From the NCBI GenBank assembly GCA_053919585.1, contig CM132817.1: a stretch of DNA of 64,000 nt; one strand, written 5' to 3'. This document shows positions 38,705-52,776 of this stretch, piece by piece (positions within the stretch are counted from its first letter, which is position 1; every line of letters begins with the position of its first letter). This stretch comes from Euprymna scolopes. Taxonomy: Eukaryota. The notes beneath the pieces were generated by a model, which saw nothing but the letters and a program-made list of their open reading frames with translations, ran no database searches and was not told where the DNA came from. Position numbers and translations under genes: made by a program.

Positions 38705-38934
38705 CACTGATTAATCACTAAATGCAGCGCAAAATTGAACGATGTAGCCCCATTCCCCACATCTTTTTTGTGGCAGTTTCCTCATCAACTCATTGAAATA
38801 ATGTTGAACTAGCAATGGGGGCGCCAATTCATTGCTACACAAGGAAATTTAATGATGGACCCAAAGGTCTTTTTTTTTTTGACATCAAGCCGATATTAAA
38901 AAATATTTGCTGTTTTGCCGATGACAAAGACACC

Positions 38935-38966
<32 letters not shown>

Positions 38967-39329
38967 TTCATAAAAGTTGGCAAATAAGATTTTATTTCAA
39001 ACAGAAGAAAGTTATTTTTTCGCTAAAAATACAAGCGACTTGGCAGTTTCTAAATATAACTGATAATAATTATCACTTCAGTTATTTTTTAAATGTTATA
39101 GAGATAATGGAAAAGGAATACGTATAAGACCCCACACACATTCCTTAGCCTTCTCATATTATTGAAATCTTTTAGTTTTCAAGTAACAAATTAAAATTTA
39201 GCAGTTTCAAAAAAAAAAAAAAAAAAAAAAAAAATCTGCTTATACATACTAACTAAACGTTACGAAAGATTACAAATGTAGCACATTAAAGAAATTTCAA
39301 ATCATTGGTTCAGTAGAACAGAATTACTT

Positions 39330-39900
39330 GAATTTCTGTTCTCATCTCCAATGTTTTTCTCATGTTTTAGCAGCTATAACCTTCATCCTTCTTCAGATGC
39401 ATCTTGTCAAACTCAGGAATCAATATGGAATTTGAAGCCCCCAAATTCATGCAATACTATACATATATATATATATATATGTACATATAATATATGGTGT
39501 TTGGTATTGCACGATTCTGGATTGCCTCATTTAATCCACAGAGATACCTTATTCTCATTTTGCCAATCATGGACCACTGATGCAATGGATAAAGGTGTTA
39601 CATTACACTCAGTTCTAAGTTTTCTAGAGATTTATGATTCAATCTTCAGTACTGATAATACTAAGAATACAATTAAGAATTACTTAAGACTTATCTGGTC
39701 ATGACTGATGACACAAGAACAAGCTACCCTGTAGATTAATTAAGGTGTTCACTTTAAAATTCTATACAAATTCCAAAGTTTAATGAGATATACACAAAAA
39801 AGATCAGGTTACATTGATCAAAACATGATCAGAATAACATTGAAGATGAGAATAATTCAAATAATCAGTCCTCATTGAAAAATTTCCAAAACAGAATGGA
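39330..39900. mobile_element. Diverged copy of the tRNA/hammerhead element, inverted arrangement
   Basis: ccttcttcagatgcatcttgtcaaactcagg (minus tail) and actaagaatacaatt...gatgagaataattc (plus body and tail). Confidence 0.62.
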
Positions 39901-41426
39901 AAATTGTTTTAGAAGAAAAATTTAATATCAACTGAAAAAGGGAATCACAGAAAAACAAGACAGGTGGCGCACACCATATTTAGTCATTGATTACTTTATT
40001 TTTATTTATTTTGTAGTTTATGAACATTGTGTGCATGTCAGCTGATATTTGCAAGAAATGGTGACGATTCCAGACAACACGTACTGCCAGCAGTATGTCG
40101 TAAAAATTACAAGTTGTACACAAGCACAAAAAAATGTCAACCAAACATTAAAAGTTTAGTAAGAAAAGAGTAAAAATACAGACTAGTTAAGACTCGAGAC
40201 TTTGTAAAAAAAAAAAAAAAATCATATCAAACACATTGGAATGAAAGTCTTTACTTGCTTCACATAGTTTTAACATTTTATTTAAAACTTCCTTCTATAA
40301 AATCTGTTTTTTCAACAATTGAAAGTACAGCTAACGGCTGCCATGCTTACAGTTGCTGACCATCATTAAATGACAATTGTCAAGTAGGCATTATGAAAAA
40401 AAAAAAAACATTTCATAGATATTAAAACTAGTTAGGCCATGTATAGAATTTCATTCGGATACGTTTCATTTATTTATTTTTTTTTAATTGTTTACAAATT
40501 ATCAAGCATTAATTATTCTTTACTTTTACCTAGAAAATAAATCAGAATTAAAAAAAAAAAAACTTTGCCAAGTGGGGAGAGAGAAAGACGAAAAGGTCAA
40601 TATCATTTAAGAGCTACTGCAAAAGGCCAAAATTAAATCTTACAGATGCCCCCCCCCCGCCCAAAAAAAGATATTAAATTAGAAAAGAAAGTCACTAACG
40701 GTTGCCTTTGTCATGAAGCAAACATCACGCGCTTATTCTTCATCAGCATGTTGCATTTCTTTGAGGAAGTATTCTTCTTCGTCCTGCACCCCCACCCCCA
40801 CCCATTTTTATCGGGCTGATTTTCCGGTGACAGTTCTTGGACATCCTCCAGTCACACTACAAATAGAGAACCCTAACCCGAGATTTGCAGAAAGAAAAAA
40901 AATATACCAACCAAAGTGACATACTAAAATACTTCAAGAAAAATGTTTTCTTTTCAGTAGAAATATTTCTCATTTGGTTTATTTCTGTGGTTGGAAGATT
41001 TTACCTGCCGGGTGAAAGAAAGAGCGGGATGGGGAAGGGGGTACAGGCATTAACTCCCAGCCACCTGCTTAAAGATTAAAAAAAAAAAAAAAAAAGCAGC
41101 GGCAATTTCTTTTTTTGGGTTGTCCCCCATTTGTGTCAGCCTACTCACACCGTCAATTCAATCCGCGGACTCGTTTTAGCCCAGGAAACTGCATAATGCA
41201 GTTGCCACACAACCATCTTCACTTAAGAAAAGCGACACAGCCATGAGCCATTGTTTCCAACAAAAGCTCAAGTGAGCTGCAATAAAGTGGTCGTGACGGG
41301 AGGTAGCGTGCTTACCAGATCAAAAGTGCTAGTAGTAGTAGTAAGAGTAGTAAGAGTAGTAATATCGTCATCGGCATCATTAATCGTAGCAGCACACCAA
41401 ATTGCTGCTAGCCATAAAAATTGAAG

Positions 41427-42533
41427 TCACCTTTTAGCCAAGCGAAGGACAATGCCTGACTTTGAACCAATCACTTTCCATTCTGGATCGTTGGGATCTT
41501 CGTCCGCATTCGATGCAGAAGAACTGCTCGGCAGTGGTGAACATGGATGACTACTTCCCGGCGTCCTCAACTCGAGAGGTAAAGCTTCGGAAATCGTTTC
41601 AATGTTTTTTTTTGTTTCATTACAATGTTCAATCCGCATAGTTTCATATTCTACTTCAGTCAAAGGAAAAGTCCGTGGAATCCACGGTTCAACAGCCGAA
41701 TGCTCAACCATGTCAAAAAGGTCACCGTCATCATCATAGAACGAACGTTCATGTTTTGACAAAGAACTACAACGCCTTCGGCCCAACTGTTCATCACAGA
41801 ACCTTTGGAGGTGTGTGGTTGGGTGAAAGGTGGTTGGTGTCAAAGGGCGAGGCTGAAAGGAACTATCTATGGGAGAAGGGCGAGGGCTACAGGACTGTAT
41901 TAATGAGGGAGATGTAGACAATGCTGCAGCATTTTGAGAGATTTTGCTCAGCAAAGGGCTTTGCGAACGATGTCCTAAATGTGATGGAAGATGAGATGAG
42001 GAGACGCCTTCTTCAATTCCGTCCGATCTTAAACAAGACGCTAGCTCTTGCTGCTTAAAACTAGTCGTAGCAAAAGGGCCATCACTTTCTTCTAAATCGA
42101 TTGCTCTGTGATGATAAGACAAGCCTCTGCCATGTCTCATCTTGTCAGTTTCATCTAACATGAGTAAGGATTGGCTTTCTGTTAACTCCGAATGAAGTTT
42201 ATTATTAGGCGAAGAATGATGGAGTGACGATGAGGAACGGTCATGTAACGGCAGTAAAGCAGGCAGCGGGGAAGGGGATTGTGAAGTATCAGCAGCACAG
42301 GATCCATGGCGTAAAGAGGAGGAGGGAGTTGGATGAATCGGTGAACCAATCATTGAACTGTTGTCAAGAGCGCCCATAGATTCAGGAGAGACTGGCTCCG
42401 TATCATCGGAGCGGACTGAACGATGGCCGCGCCTTCCATGTTGAAAAAAAGAAACAAATCGCTTTTTCTCTTGAGTTTCACATTTTGCATGACGCTGAAT
42501 ATAAAGTTCATCCGAGAGGTCTTCAATCTCAGA
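41427..42533 (-). CDS. KANSL1: KANSL1/NSL1 terminal exon (PEHE C-half SEIEDLSDELYIQRHAKCETQEKKRF plus Ser/Pro-rich tail)
   Basis: tttcag acceptor at 42534-35; 1107 nt open to TGA; EDLSD....RH..CE..E..R PEHE signature. Confidence 0.9.
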   Translation of the reverse strand, partial: SEIEDLSDELYIQRHAKCETQEKKRFVSFFQHGRRGHRSVRSDDTEPVSPESMGALDNSSMIGSPIHPTPSSSLRHGSCAADTSQSPSPLPALLPLHDRSSSSLHHSSPNNKLHSELTESQSLLMLDETDKMRHGRGLSYHHRAIDLEESDGPFATTSFKQQELASCLRSDGIEEGVSSSHLPSHLGHRSQSPLLSKISQNAAALSTSPSLIQSCSPRPSPIDSSFQPRPLTPTTFHPTTHLQRFCDEQLGRRRCSSLSKHERSFYDDDGDLFDMVEHSAVEPWIPRTFPLTEVEYETMRIEHCNETKKNIETISEALPLELRTPGSSHPCSPLPSSSSASNADEDPNDPEWKVIGSKSGIVLRLAKR

Positions 42534-43033
42534 CTGAAAAGAGAGAGAGAGAAAAAAAATATATATCAGTACATTGGTCCGAGGGATGTAATTGGAAATA
42601 AAGCCCTATAACATGACCAAAACTTTTGAGTCAAGTTCTGTACAAAATCTAATGGTGATATTAATTTTGTATTAAATGGCTTAATATTAACAGATAAAAA
42701 AAAAAAGCAAGAGTAATATGGCTTGAACATTTTCCCTGGCCACCAACCTTTGTAAAGAAATCATGTTAAGATCTCATTCAAGAAAGATCAAGGACAATCA
42801 CCAAAGACATGGATCAACCAGATAAATGTTAAGACTGGTATACTGCTTCTAACAGATGAAAGACTGTGATAAGTGGCAGAATTTTGTTTGTAAGCATGTA
42901 GCGAAATTCTGTAATAAAGCTGAGATATGGGACCGCCCCCCCTCCCCTCCAATACACACACAAATTGTAGGCACACTATGCTGTTTGCCAAACACGTAAA
43001 AAAAAAAAAAAAAAAAAAAATCCTTTTTTAATA

Positions 43034-43192
43034 CAGGGTTTATAAAGATTTTCAATGTCCATTTTCAAGAATTTTCAAAGCCTTTTTTCAAGAGAAAAGT
43101 CAAATTTTAAAAATAAAATTTGATGCATAAAAACCGAGCATACAGGGTCCCCCTCCACAAGTAAAAAAAAATTACTTTCACCATGACTCATG

Positions 43193-43230
<38 letters not shown>

Positions 43231-43890
43231 GAAGGTGTGGCCATTGAGAAAAGTGCAAATAAAGAAACGATTTGAGGACATTTTTACTTTCGGAGGAGGA
43301 GGGGGGGGGGCAGAGTTATCCAGGAAAATCCATTCTGGCAAAAATTTACTTTCACCGTGACTAATAAAATGCAACATTTTTAAAAAATCCAAGACCTGAT
43401 TATTGAGAAAAGTGCAAACAGACGAACGAAAGTGAATTACTAGGTCCAATCCTCCTTTGTCAGGGGACAAAAAATGATATAATAAATCAAAAAAACAAAT
43501 ATTTTAATTAATATTTTAAAAATAATTTAATATTTATTTTGATTTTTACTTCGGCTATATCTGCAAAGTATATGGATAACATCGGGTAATTTCGTGATAA
43601 AGGGGCATAACTCTTGTAACACTAATATCCAAAATAATATGATGCAACTTCAGAAGAATTTTATTTTATTTTTAATCTTTAAAAATATTTTAATTGCATT
43701 TTAATCAATAGTAAGATATTTTAGTATCTATTTTTACTATTGAGACAAATTTTTTACTGAATATAAATGATTTTCAAGCCCTTTTCAAGAAATTTCCTAT
43801 ATTTTCCAGGCCTTTTCAAGATAATAGAAATAAGGCCTTTTCAAGACAAAGCTCAAAATTCAAGGTCTTTTCAAGCCTGCGTGAACCCTG
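43034..43890. mobile_element. CAGGG...CCCTG MITE with ttttcaag subterminal repeats, containing a nested dispersed repeat (43141-43470)
   Basis: Termini cagggtt/aaccctg; the nested part matches 63620-63770 and, inverted, 29400-29900. TSD not clear. Confidence 0.6.
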
Positions 43891-44280
43891 TAATACGTGA
43901 ATATCAAAACGTTTATCTTGTATAAAATACCTGGCAATTTCTGTAGCAGTATCAAGATCTATGACTAATACAGAAAAAATATATGGATTCAAATTAAATA
44001 TTAAAACAAAAAAAAAATTGATGAAATTGATTACAAATTTTAAAAAGATTATTGCTGCTCCAAAAGCAAAGAACCCAGCCATTTCAGAGTCGACAGGGAA
44101 CAAACTCACTCACTCTCACACCCAAAGTGCTTTTTATATATAAGTGGAAATAAATATGGGGACAGGGATGAGTGAGGATTTAAACTGTCTTTAGAATTTA
44201 TACAGAAGAAAGATAGGAGCCATCATACATAGGTATACTCATTATCAAAAATTCATGAGCAATAAAAAAAGAAACCTTAC

Positions 44281-44527
44281 CTCTTCCTCATCATCTCCTG
44301 CAATCTCCTCCTCCTTGTTATTAACCTCCTCTTCCTTCACCACCGCTGCTGCTGCTGCCTCCTCCTCTTCTTCTCCCTCTTTCTGACATGCAGGAATAAT
44401 ACCATTGGTTTGGTTGGAAGTTGGTGGCTTTTTAATACTTAGAAGCGAAGAATTTGTTGAAGACGCTAAACTCTCAACTTCTGCTTGATCTTCAGAAACT
44501 GGTGACTCTGGAACGATCTTTCTCCAT
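44281..44527 (-). CDS. KANSL1: KANSL1 exon (WRKIVPESPVSEDQ...acidic/poly-Ala...GDDEEE)
   Basis: tag acceptor, gtaagg donor; completes TPK|WR with the upstream exon; 247 nt, phases consistent. Confidence 0.88.
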
Positions 44528-45039
44528 CTATAAAATAAAAAATATTTGAAAAATTAAAATAAGAAAAAATACATACAGTGTGGAACGATTAAATTCTCGC
44601 CCTAGAAAAGACGACATTTCATTTCCGTTTGATGAAAACCGGTTTTCTTTTTTGTTGCATCTACTAGTTGGCCAGTTGTGTACAAATTCCAAGAATCAAT
44701 CAAATCAATCAAAATCGACAACTTATCTTAGAAGGATGCATCTTCAAATGTAAAACTCTTAGAGACAATCCTAACTTAGATTTTACGTGATGCGTTCCAT
44801 CAAATTTAAAACCTAAAACTGTTGGAATTGTGACGTTGTTCTGAAGAAATGAAACTAGTGCACCGTTTTTTTAATTACTACGATGTGCAAAGGGGATTGG
44901 GGTTTGGGGGGGGGGGGGTTAGATTTGTTGGGTCTTTTTAATACTAATATTATTAAAATAAGTACGTTCTTGGACCAGAAAACTAATGTACATTTAAAAT
45001 ACAATCAAAAAAGTAAAAATTTACAAGAACAATAGGAGC

Positions 45040-45541
45040 CTTCTATTATGCCTGAAAGTAACAATGTTTCATGAGAGCAATTAGAGATGTGCCACTGTAC
45101 AACTCATGTTCTCTACCGATCCAAGTTATGACAACAGGACCATTGCCAGCACCCTCAAAATGCATCGCTGGATTGTCATGAATAACAGGGATGTGCCCAG
45201 AGTGATGAAAGTTTCCAGCCACGGTTATGGTCTTTGGTGTGGTTTCCAGGTGAGGACAACCTCATACTACCTAACATTTTCAAAGTTGACACCAAAGTGT
45301 ACTGGGATGCGCTGAAGAGTGTGGTGATCCCCTGGTGCAATCAGGTAGGCAACCTGACCCTGCTAGACTACTTTGGTCACACGTTGAGAACATCACAATA
45401 CCAAAGCCAGTCTGATCGCCGCTATTTACCAAGTTTCCGCCGGCGCTTATCACATAATTTACCTGAATTGATGTTTTTCACTAAAATTATTAAAATAAAG
45501 CTGTAGTGTTTTTATAGCGACACTTATCATCCCACCCTGTA
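45040..45541 (+). mobile_element. Deleted Tc1/mariner relic
   Basis: VYWDALKSVVIPW and LDYF remnants; terminus cccaccctgTA. Confidence 0.55.
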
Positions 45542-48058
45542 AATGGCAAATGTTTACGATGATTACGTCTTCTAAAAATTGGCTTACATAATTTTATTCT
45601 GACGATCCACAATGTTAGAAGTCGCTTATTATCATGTTAATGTCATATCAAGTCAGCATTAAATTTTCAGATTATAATTTTTTTCATTTTTTTTTTTTAA
45701 ATGTTTTTTCAATTTTTAGTTTGTTACTGGAGTTTAACATACAGATATACAAATGAAAAGAAAAGTCAGCAACCCAAGAGTTCGATTCCTGAAATTTTGA
45801 AACCTCCAATTCTGACAGAAATGCATGGGAGTCATCATTAGTCATTATTCAGGTGATAATTCCTAAAGAGTAAATAAATAGTAGATGGTCAATAACATTT
45901 CAATGGCAAAAAAACTTGGTTTCTCTACCAAATGACAGACTAGCAATCAGAACATCTCTTCCAACTGGGATGAATACCCAAATCTACACCTTCTGTTTTG
46001 CTAATATGAGAGGCTATTTAGTTCTCTCCCACTGCAAAAGATGTGACACCAAGGTTGGAAAGTGGGATTGAGAAGTCAGTGCCCCCAAGGAGGAATACTC
46101 TGACCTGCAAAAAGTGTCTGGGCCTGCTCTGTCAGAATTCCCTGGTAAGGGCGCCCCAGGTGAACTAGCATTACACCGCAATCAACAAGAGAGGTCATTA
46201 CGGGAATGGTCTAATCTCTTGATTTTGGGGATCGAGGATAAAAATCTTTAGACATCAAATGACAGCTCTACTTTGATCACACCGTGACCACTTGAGAATT
46301 ATCCTTTTAATCACTGCACATAAAAACTGATTAACCAGAGAATTAATCAGTTGAAGTGGTCATAATTTTTATAAAATCTCAGGTATTCTTTCTCAGCATA
46401 AGCCCTTATTTTTAAGACATTTTTTTTTCAAAGAGGCTAACCAATTACTTGGGTGGTCTCTCTGTAACAAATGCTGAGCCAAATGGCATCATGGTAGTGA
46501 AAAAGAAAAGGACTATTACAAAGAATGTGTGTAGAGGCAGAAGAACAGGTTAGAGAGGAGCGCAATCACTTTTTTTTTTCTTTTTTTTTTTAATTCAGGA
46601 AAATACCCAGAAATAAATGTTACAAAAAAAGGGAGCTGAGTTATTACTTGTCTTATGTTCCTTGCTATGTAGACTGTGTGGGTCCTGTGTGTAACGTTAT
46701 TTGGCACCATATCGACCAAGTCTTTTTACAGAAAAAAGTTAAAAATGAAGATATGGATAAAGAAAGCAAAAAGGAGGTTACCACGGAGGAATGCAGTCGC
46801 AAAGGAGGGACATGCGCACAGACCAATCAGAGGTCGAAACTTTAAGAAAGCAAGAGAAGCTAAAAAAAAAAAAAAAATTGCACCACATTGTGAGTAAAAT
46901 AATTTGTTTTATTTTTTCTTTTCTGTTCACTTTCGAATTTTTTCTGTTTGTTGGTCATATTTTTTAGTTGCTAAAGGACATTGTGTGGGGACCTTAAGTC
47001 AATGTGAATATTATCTTTAATGTTAGACAATGTTTAAGCATTATGACTAAGTTATTTAATATTATAAAGGGTAAAGTTTCATGCTCAGTTAATGCAGCAA
47101 ATAGCCTATTAGGTTTTAAGATGTTAGAATTAAACATCTAGACATGAACACATTTTATTCATGTAAATTGATATTCAAGTTGTTCAATATTAAGGTTAAA
47201 AAAAAAAAAACATTGAATTCTTACAACAGACTATGCTGAGGGGGCATATAAATTTTTATTTGTAAGTAAAACCATGCCTAGTGACTTTATTTTTTCATGT
47301 TTCGTTACTTGAATTCTTATAAATCTAATACCAAACAAAGAACAGGTAAATTTAAAGTTTTTTTAATCTTAAAATTATTGGCAAATGAAATTGCTTGGCA
47401 GTCAAGTAAAACAATGTTAACAGAATATTATCCGTTGATTCTTATATAAGAGCTTTATATGACGAATATATTGCTACTGTGATAGATGTGTCCACAAAGT
47501 ATTTAAGGTACTTACAATCCTCAGATTCAGGAATGGAGGATGTAGATTATGAAGAATTTGTCTGTAGGAAAGCTTGAAAGTTGCCAACAGAATTTGGATA
47601 ATGAATAAAATTTCCCGGGTATGGAATATAACTTAGTCACCAGAGGTTAGTGACTGGACTTTTGATGGTTCAGTTTACAAACAAAAGTAGTTTAGAAAAT
47701 TGCGAAAATTTAGAAGGATAAAAAGGGTGCTTGTGTTAGATAGCAGGATTGCCAAAGATAAAAAATGAGAAAAGAATGGTACAGTGAAGGGGTTTAACAA
47801 GTGATACACTGGGACATTTTGCTTGTTTTATGTGAACCTTACAGTTTTTTTTTCCTTTTCTTTTCTTGTTAGTGTGTAACAATCAGATAATTCATTGCAT
47901 AATACCAGGGCCAGCTAGAAAGTAAGAATTATTTGTGATCACTTAATTTGAAGCAATAAATGACAAATGAGATGGAATTAATCTTGATAAGCATGATGCA
48001 AGTAATTGTTTAAAGTGAAATAAATTTTGATGTACTAACGTGTGCCTTATTTTTTTTT

Positions 48059-50234
48059 ACATAGTGTTCACCTCTTATCAAGGCCTGGAAGCCACTTGGG
48101 GATAAGGGTTATTGTGTGTACAGTAATCATGGGGATAATATCGTAGTAATAGTTGGTATTGGAGATTTGGTAAAGTGTCTTAAGGGGGGCGATTAATCAG
48201 GAATTTGTTTATGTTGGACTTGAAGACATCCATGTTGTAGTCAGGTGGGAAACAGACAAACGGAAGAGAATTCCACAAGCGTGCAGTTCTAAGAAAGAAG
48301 CTTTGTTCATGGAATCTACGGTTTGATCTGAGCACAGATATAGAGTGGGGGAAATTGTTAACATTAGTTTTAGCTAGACGGGTGTTTTTCGTGAAAGATT
48401 GACGAGGGGTAACCAGAGATTGGAGCTCGGACGAGCACTTGCCATGGAAATAACGATTAAACAAAGACAGGCTTGCAACATTTCTTCTGTGGGAGAGAGT
48501 TTGCAGGGAAGAGAAAAGGATATCCCCCACTAATATACAAAGTCTATTTTGTACTTTGTCAAGGCAGGATAGGCTGTTTTTAGAAGCTCCAGCCCAGATG
48601 TGGCAGCAGTATTCCATCCTTGGACGTACTTGGCTTTTATAAAGATAGAGAATTGCTTCAGTAGCGAGATATCTTCTGGAGCGGTAGAATGATCCTACCA
48701 TTTTCCCAGCGGCCCGGGCAACAAACTTGATATACGTGTTCCATTTCAGATAAGGAGTAAAAGGTCAAACCCAGGAGCTTGTCAAAACATGAAGTCTCCC
48801 AAAGACGAGAGCCATCCATTTCAATTGATGCTAGATTGGGATCAGAGGGGCTTGGTTTTAGATGCATTAAAAGTAACCAGCCACCTCTTCCCCCACTGAA
48901 CCACGCGCTCAAGATCAGAGGAGAGGGAATCAGAGAGAGCTTTGTCATTTACGGCCTTTGATGTGTTGCCATAGATGGTCGTGTCATCAGCATAGATGTC
49001 AACGAATGATTTAAGTATGTGTTTTGGGAGATCATTGATGTAGATCAAGAAGAGAGTTGGGCCCAGGATGGAACCCTGGGGAACTCCAGCATTAATACTG
49101 TGGGCCTCTGATTGCTGCCCATCAACCACTACTCTTATGAGCCTATCAGAGAGAAATGATTTAATTGAGAAAACATTTCCAGTTATACCCTAGCTGGAAA
49201 TCTTGTTGGAGTAGGCCCTTATGCCATACCTTATCGAAGGCCTTTGATATGTCAAGAGCAATTACCCTAGAAAGGAAGCCTTTGTCAAGAGATTTACTAA
49301 TCCTATAACCATTAGTACATCAGCTGTAGATCTAGCAGAACAGAAACCATATTGCATATCACTAAGGAGGTCATTTCTGCTGAGGTGGTTGACTACTTCT
49401 TTAACATGGATTCCAGCAACTTTCTCATGACACACAAGAGACTTATTGGTCTGTACTGAGGAGATGACTTGTTACACGAGTTCTTAAATACAGGGCATAC
49501 TGATGAGATTTTCCAGGGTGTTGGAAAGCACTTCTCCTTAAGACAATGCTTAAACAGTTTTGTAAGTATGGTGGCAAGTTCTTGTTGAAGCTTTTTCAAC
49601 ACTATAATTAAAATGCTGTCTGGGCCAGTTGCTTTACTGGAATCAAGGTTCTTGATTAGTTTGGCGACCTCACGCACAGATATTTGTATGCTGCATAGTG
49701 TGTTGTCTGTTGGAGGAAATACGGGGAGTTGATGGTCTTCGTCGTAGAAGGTAGAGTTAGTTGTAAAGTTCTTGGCAAATAGTTTGGCCTTGTCTACTGC
49801 TGATGATATTAACTCCGGTCCATTGATGATGGTTGGGATAGAACGCACACTTCTGTTCAGGATCCTGTTTGCTATTTGCCAAAACTGGTGGGAACCAAGC
49901 CGCTGCTCAGCTACTTTGGATTTAACGGACTGAGCATATAGCTCTCTGGCATTTTTTATTACTCTTTTACAGTGGTTGCTGGTAGTCCTGAAAGCAGCTT
50001 TAGTCTCAGTACATTTGTTACATTGGTAGCTATGGAAAAAGTGATTTCTGTGTGCAATGGCAGCAGCACATTTTGGGGAGAACCATGGCTGGCTGTTAGG
50101 TTTTTGTTGGAATTTTTTGGATGGTATGAATCGGTCTATGTCTACAATTAACCATTCGGTCAGGTGTGATACTATAGAGGACACATCCTTTTTAAACACG
50201 GAATGCAGGGATAGATCAGATATGAATGTACGGA
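48059..50234 (-). mobile_element. 5'-truncated CR1-group LINE in a KANSL1 intron
   Basis: RT GVPQGSILGP and YADD; same family as 14262-17790; A-rich tail. Confidence 0.9.
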
Positions 50235-51015
50235 GATTATTTACTGGTTCAATTATTTGGTAGAAAAATGAAACACTTCTCTCCATTATTTTTGTGATTG
50301 TAATATAGGAAAGTTGTACGAATTTTCAAATATCCTATTAGTTTTATGTATAATTTATTGAATCTAGAAATAAATTTATAGTTCCTGTCTGGTTGTTCAA
50401 ATGCCTCCTAGAGATTTAGGCAATAAATCCTTATAAACATATCACCCACATACTTGAAGTATATTTGATCCTGAGCAAATAATATCACAAGGTCTATGTT
50501 GGTGTTGGACATCGAAAAAAAAAAAAAAAAAAACAATATTTCACTTTATTCTGAACAGCCATTTACTTTTCTTTAGCATTGGTCATGTTGTAAAATAAAA
50601 AAAATGAAAAAGCATTGATTTATATTAAAAAAGAAATATTTTCCAGAGAAGACATCTTTTCTACAGCAAATATGTTACCAATGGAAGCCATTTTTTGTCA
50701 ATAGCAAATTTTGCAATTATTACGGAATAGTAATACTGATACATTCTTTTGAATAATAATAAACTAAACATTTTAGCTGGTTAAAAACAGGCAAAAGTTA
50801 TAGCCTGTTGACTTAGTGTTTTATGTCAAACTGATAGCTGAATATGGTAAAATTTATGCTCCTTTTTGCATTAAATAGTAATCCCTATATTAACCCCTGT
50901 GCATAAAATAGATAACATAATTAGTTGGCTGCATTTTATCATAAAAATCCATACAAAATTTTAGCCAAATCTATTCTGCAGTTTCTAAGAAAAAGTGGAA
51001 TGGACAGATAGGCAG

Positions 51016-51358
51016 TTGGTTGGTTGTTTTTGTTTTATGGCATATCAACCCTTTTCGGGTTATTTAATGCCGAATCCAAAGATTTTGAAGAAAAAATTTT
51101 TTTAATAGAATATATTTGTTGTTTTCACGTCGGTTTCTATTCAACCCATAGTTGGGACCCTAACAGGTACTACCACTCCGGGTCGGAGTGGACCTGGGAG
51201 CAATGGTAATTAAAGGGTGGCTCCACACTCCCCAAAGCCCGTAAGCTGGGGCTTCACCACTGGATATAGTTTAAGGTCATATCCAGGACTCCCATTGAGG
51301 GACTTTTACCCTCTGCAGGGGGGCAGTCAGCATATTCTCATGCCCCACCGACAGGGCC
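51016..51358 (-). mobile_element. Second copy of the same SINE-like element, 12-bp TSD
   Basis: TSD acagataggcag at 51004-51015 and 51360-51371. Confidence 0.9.
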
Positions 51359-51664
51359 AACAGATAGGCAGACGAAAAATACAGATAACTGTTTATAAAA
51401 ATTATTTATATAAAGCTACCATGGTAAGAGATAGGTAATATCAAAAAAATTTTCATCGCGTAATAAATTTGTAAACATGGTCCTTATTCCTAAAAATAAC
51501 TTAAATAATGTAAGGGAGATAATTCATTTTAAATTTAAGAATATACTTGTCTACCTTACAACTAACATACATTTTTTTTTCTGTAGAAGTTTAAAAATAT
51601 GTAAACGAATAAAAATTAAATGAATCCTGGATATTGTCAGATATTAAAAGAAGTCATTACTTAC

Positions 51665-51929
51665 TTTGGAGTAACAATTTCTTTATATTGCAACTTTTCT
51701 ACACGAGTTGATGCTGCCATACTGTATGGAATGACAATATTGTTAATATCGAAGGCACTCTCTCCACGTCTTTTCCTCAGTGTAGCTTCTTTCATCTCTT
51801 TGAATGTTGCAGAAGGAAAGTTAATTGAGCCATCTCTGAAAAAAGCCTGGTCTGATGATCTAAAACGACGTTTCCCACTAAGACGGCTTCCTCCTAATGA
51901 AATCGATCTCGATGGAAACTTTTTGAGAG
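51665..51929 (-). CDS. KANSL1: KANSL1 exon ([38 protein letters not shown])
   Basis: Very close to the KANSL1 motif [38 protein letters not shown] as recalled; cag acceptor, gtaagt donor. Confidence 0.93.
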
Positions 51930-52776
51930 CTGGAAAAAAATAAAGGTAAACATTATTAAACAAAAGACTTTTAAGCTTGTTAGAAGCACTGTGTATATTA
52001 TATAGACAGATTTGAGCTTCAGAAGGCTGTGACAATGCAATGTAAGGTTATGAACAGAAAATTTCAATATGAACTTACATTTTGAAAAGGAGGTATTAAC
52101 CTCAGATTAGAAAAACTTGGACACTGTAAAACACGATCAAAGATATAAAAATAAAAAACAGCAAGTAGAATAGAAAAGAAAATTCTGTATATACTGTAAA
52201 AAGTAAATATAAATTCAGAGTTTTACAGTTTGCTTGAAGCATAGTACATATTGTATAGATATATTTGTGGTTTAGAAGTCAGTGATAATGCAATGCAATG
52301 TAATGGGCAACAATTAAATCAAAAGAATGTCTGGTTGAGAAACAAAAACAAAAAAAAACAAAAAAAAATTTTCTTTCGTGTTTTTTTTTTAATTTTTAAA
52401 CTATAGTGTTATAAATTGTCCAAATTTTTCTTTCAAAATTAATAACCCCTTTTTAAAATCTATATCTGATTCAGATATAAAATTATTACATTACACCTTG
52501 TGTTTTTATGTCTATGATCTCGTTTCTTAACCAAACTTTTTTTGATTCACCTGGTGCCCATCATGTCATCATGCCAATACTGGATCCACTATTAGGCATC
52601 AAAGTTACGATCCATCAAATCTTGGTCAGTACAAGTTGGTCCATCACTGTTTCGATTTAATATTAATAGTGTTAATTATTTAAATGCATACTTATTGTTT
52701 CTAAGTATGTTTTTTTCCACATTGGATGTAAATTGCATATTAACCATGGTGGCACAAAGTAATTTACTATACTTAC

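Noticed and set aside
46780-47830. Possible decayed LINE ORF1-like sequence (also ~13400-13760)
   Set aside because: Too degraded to assign by eye.
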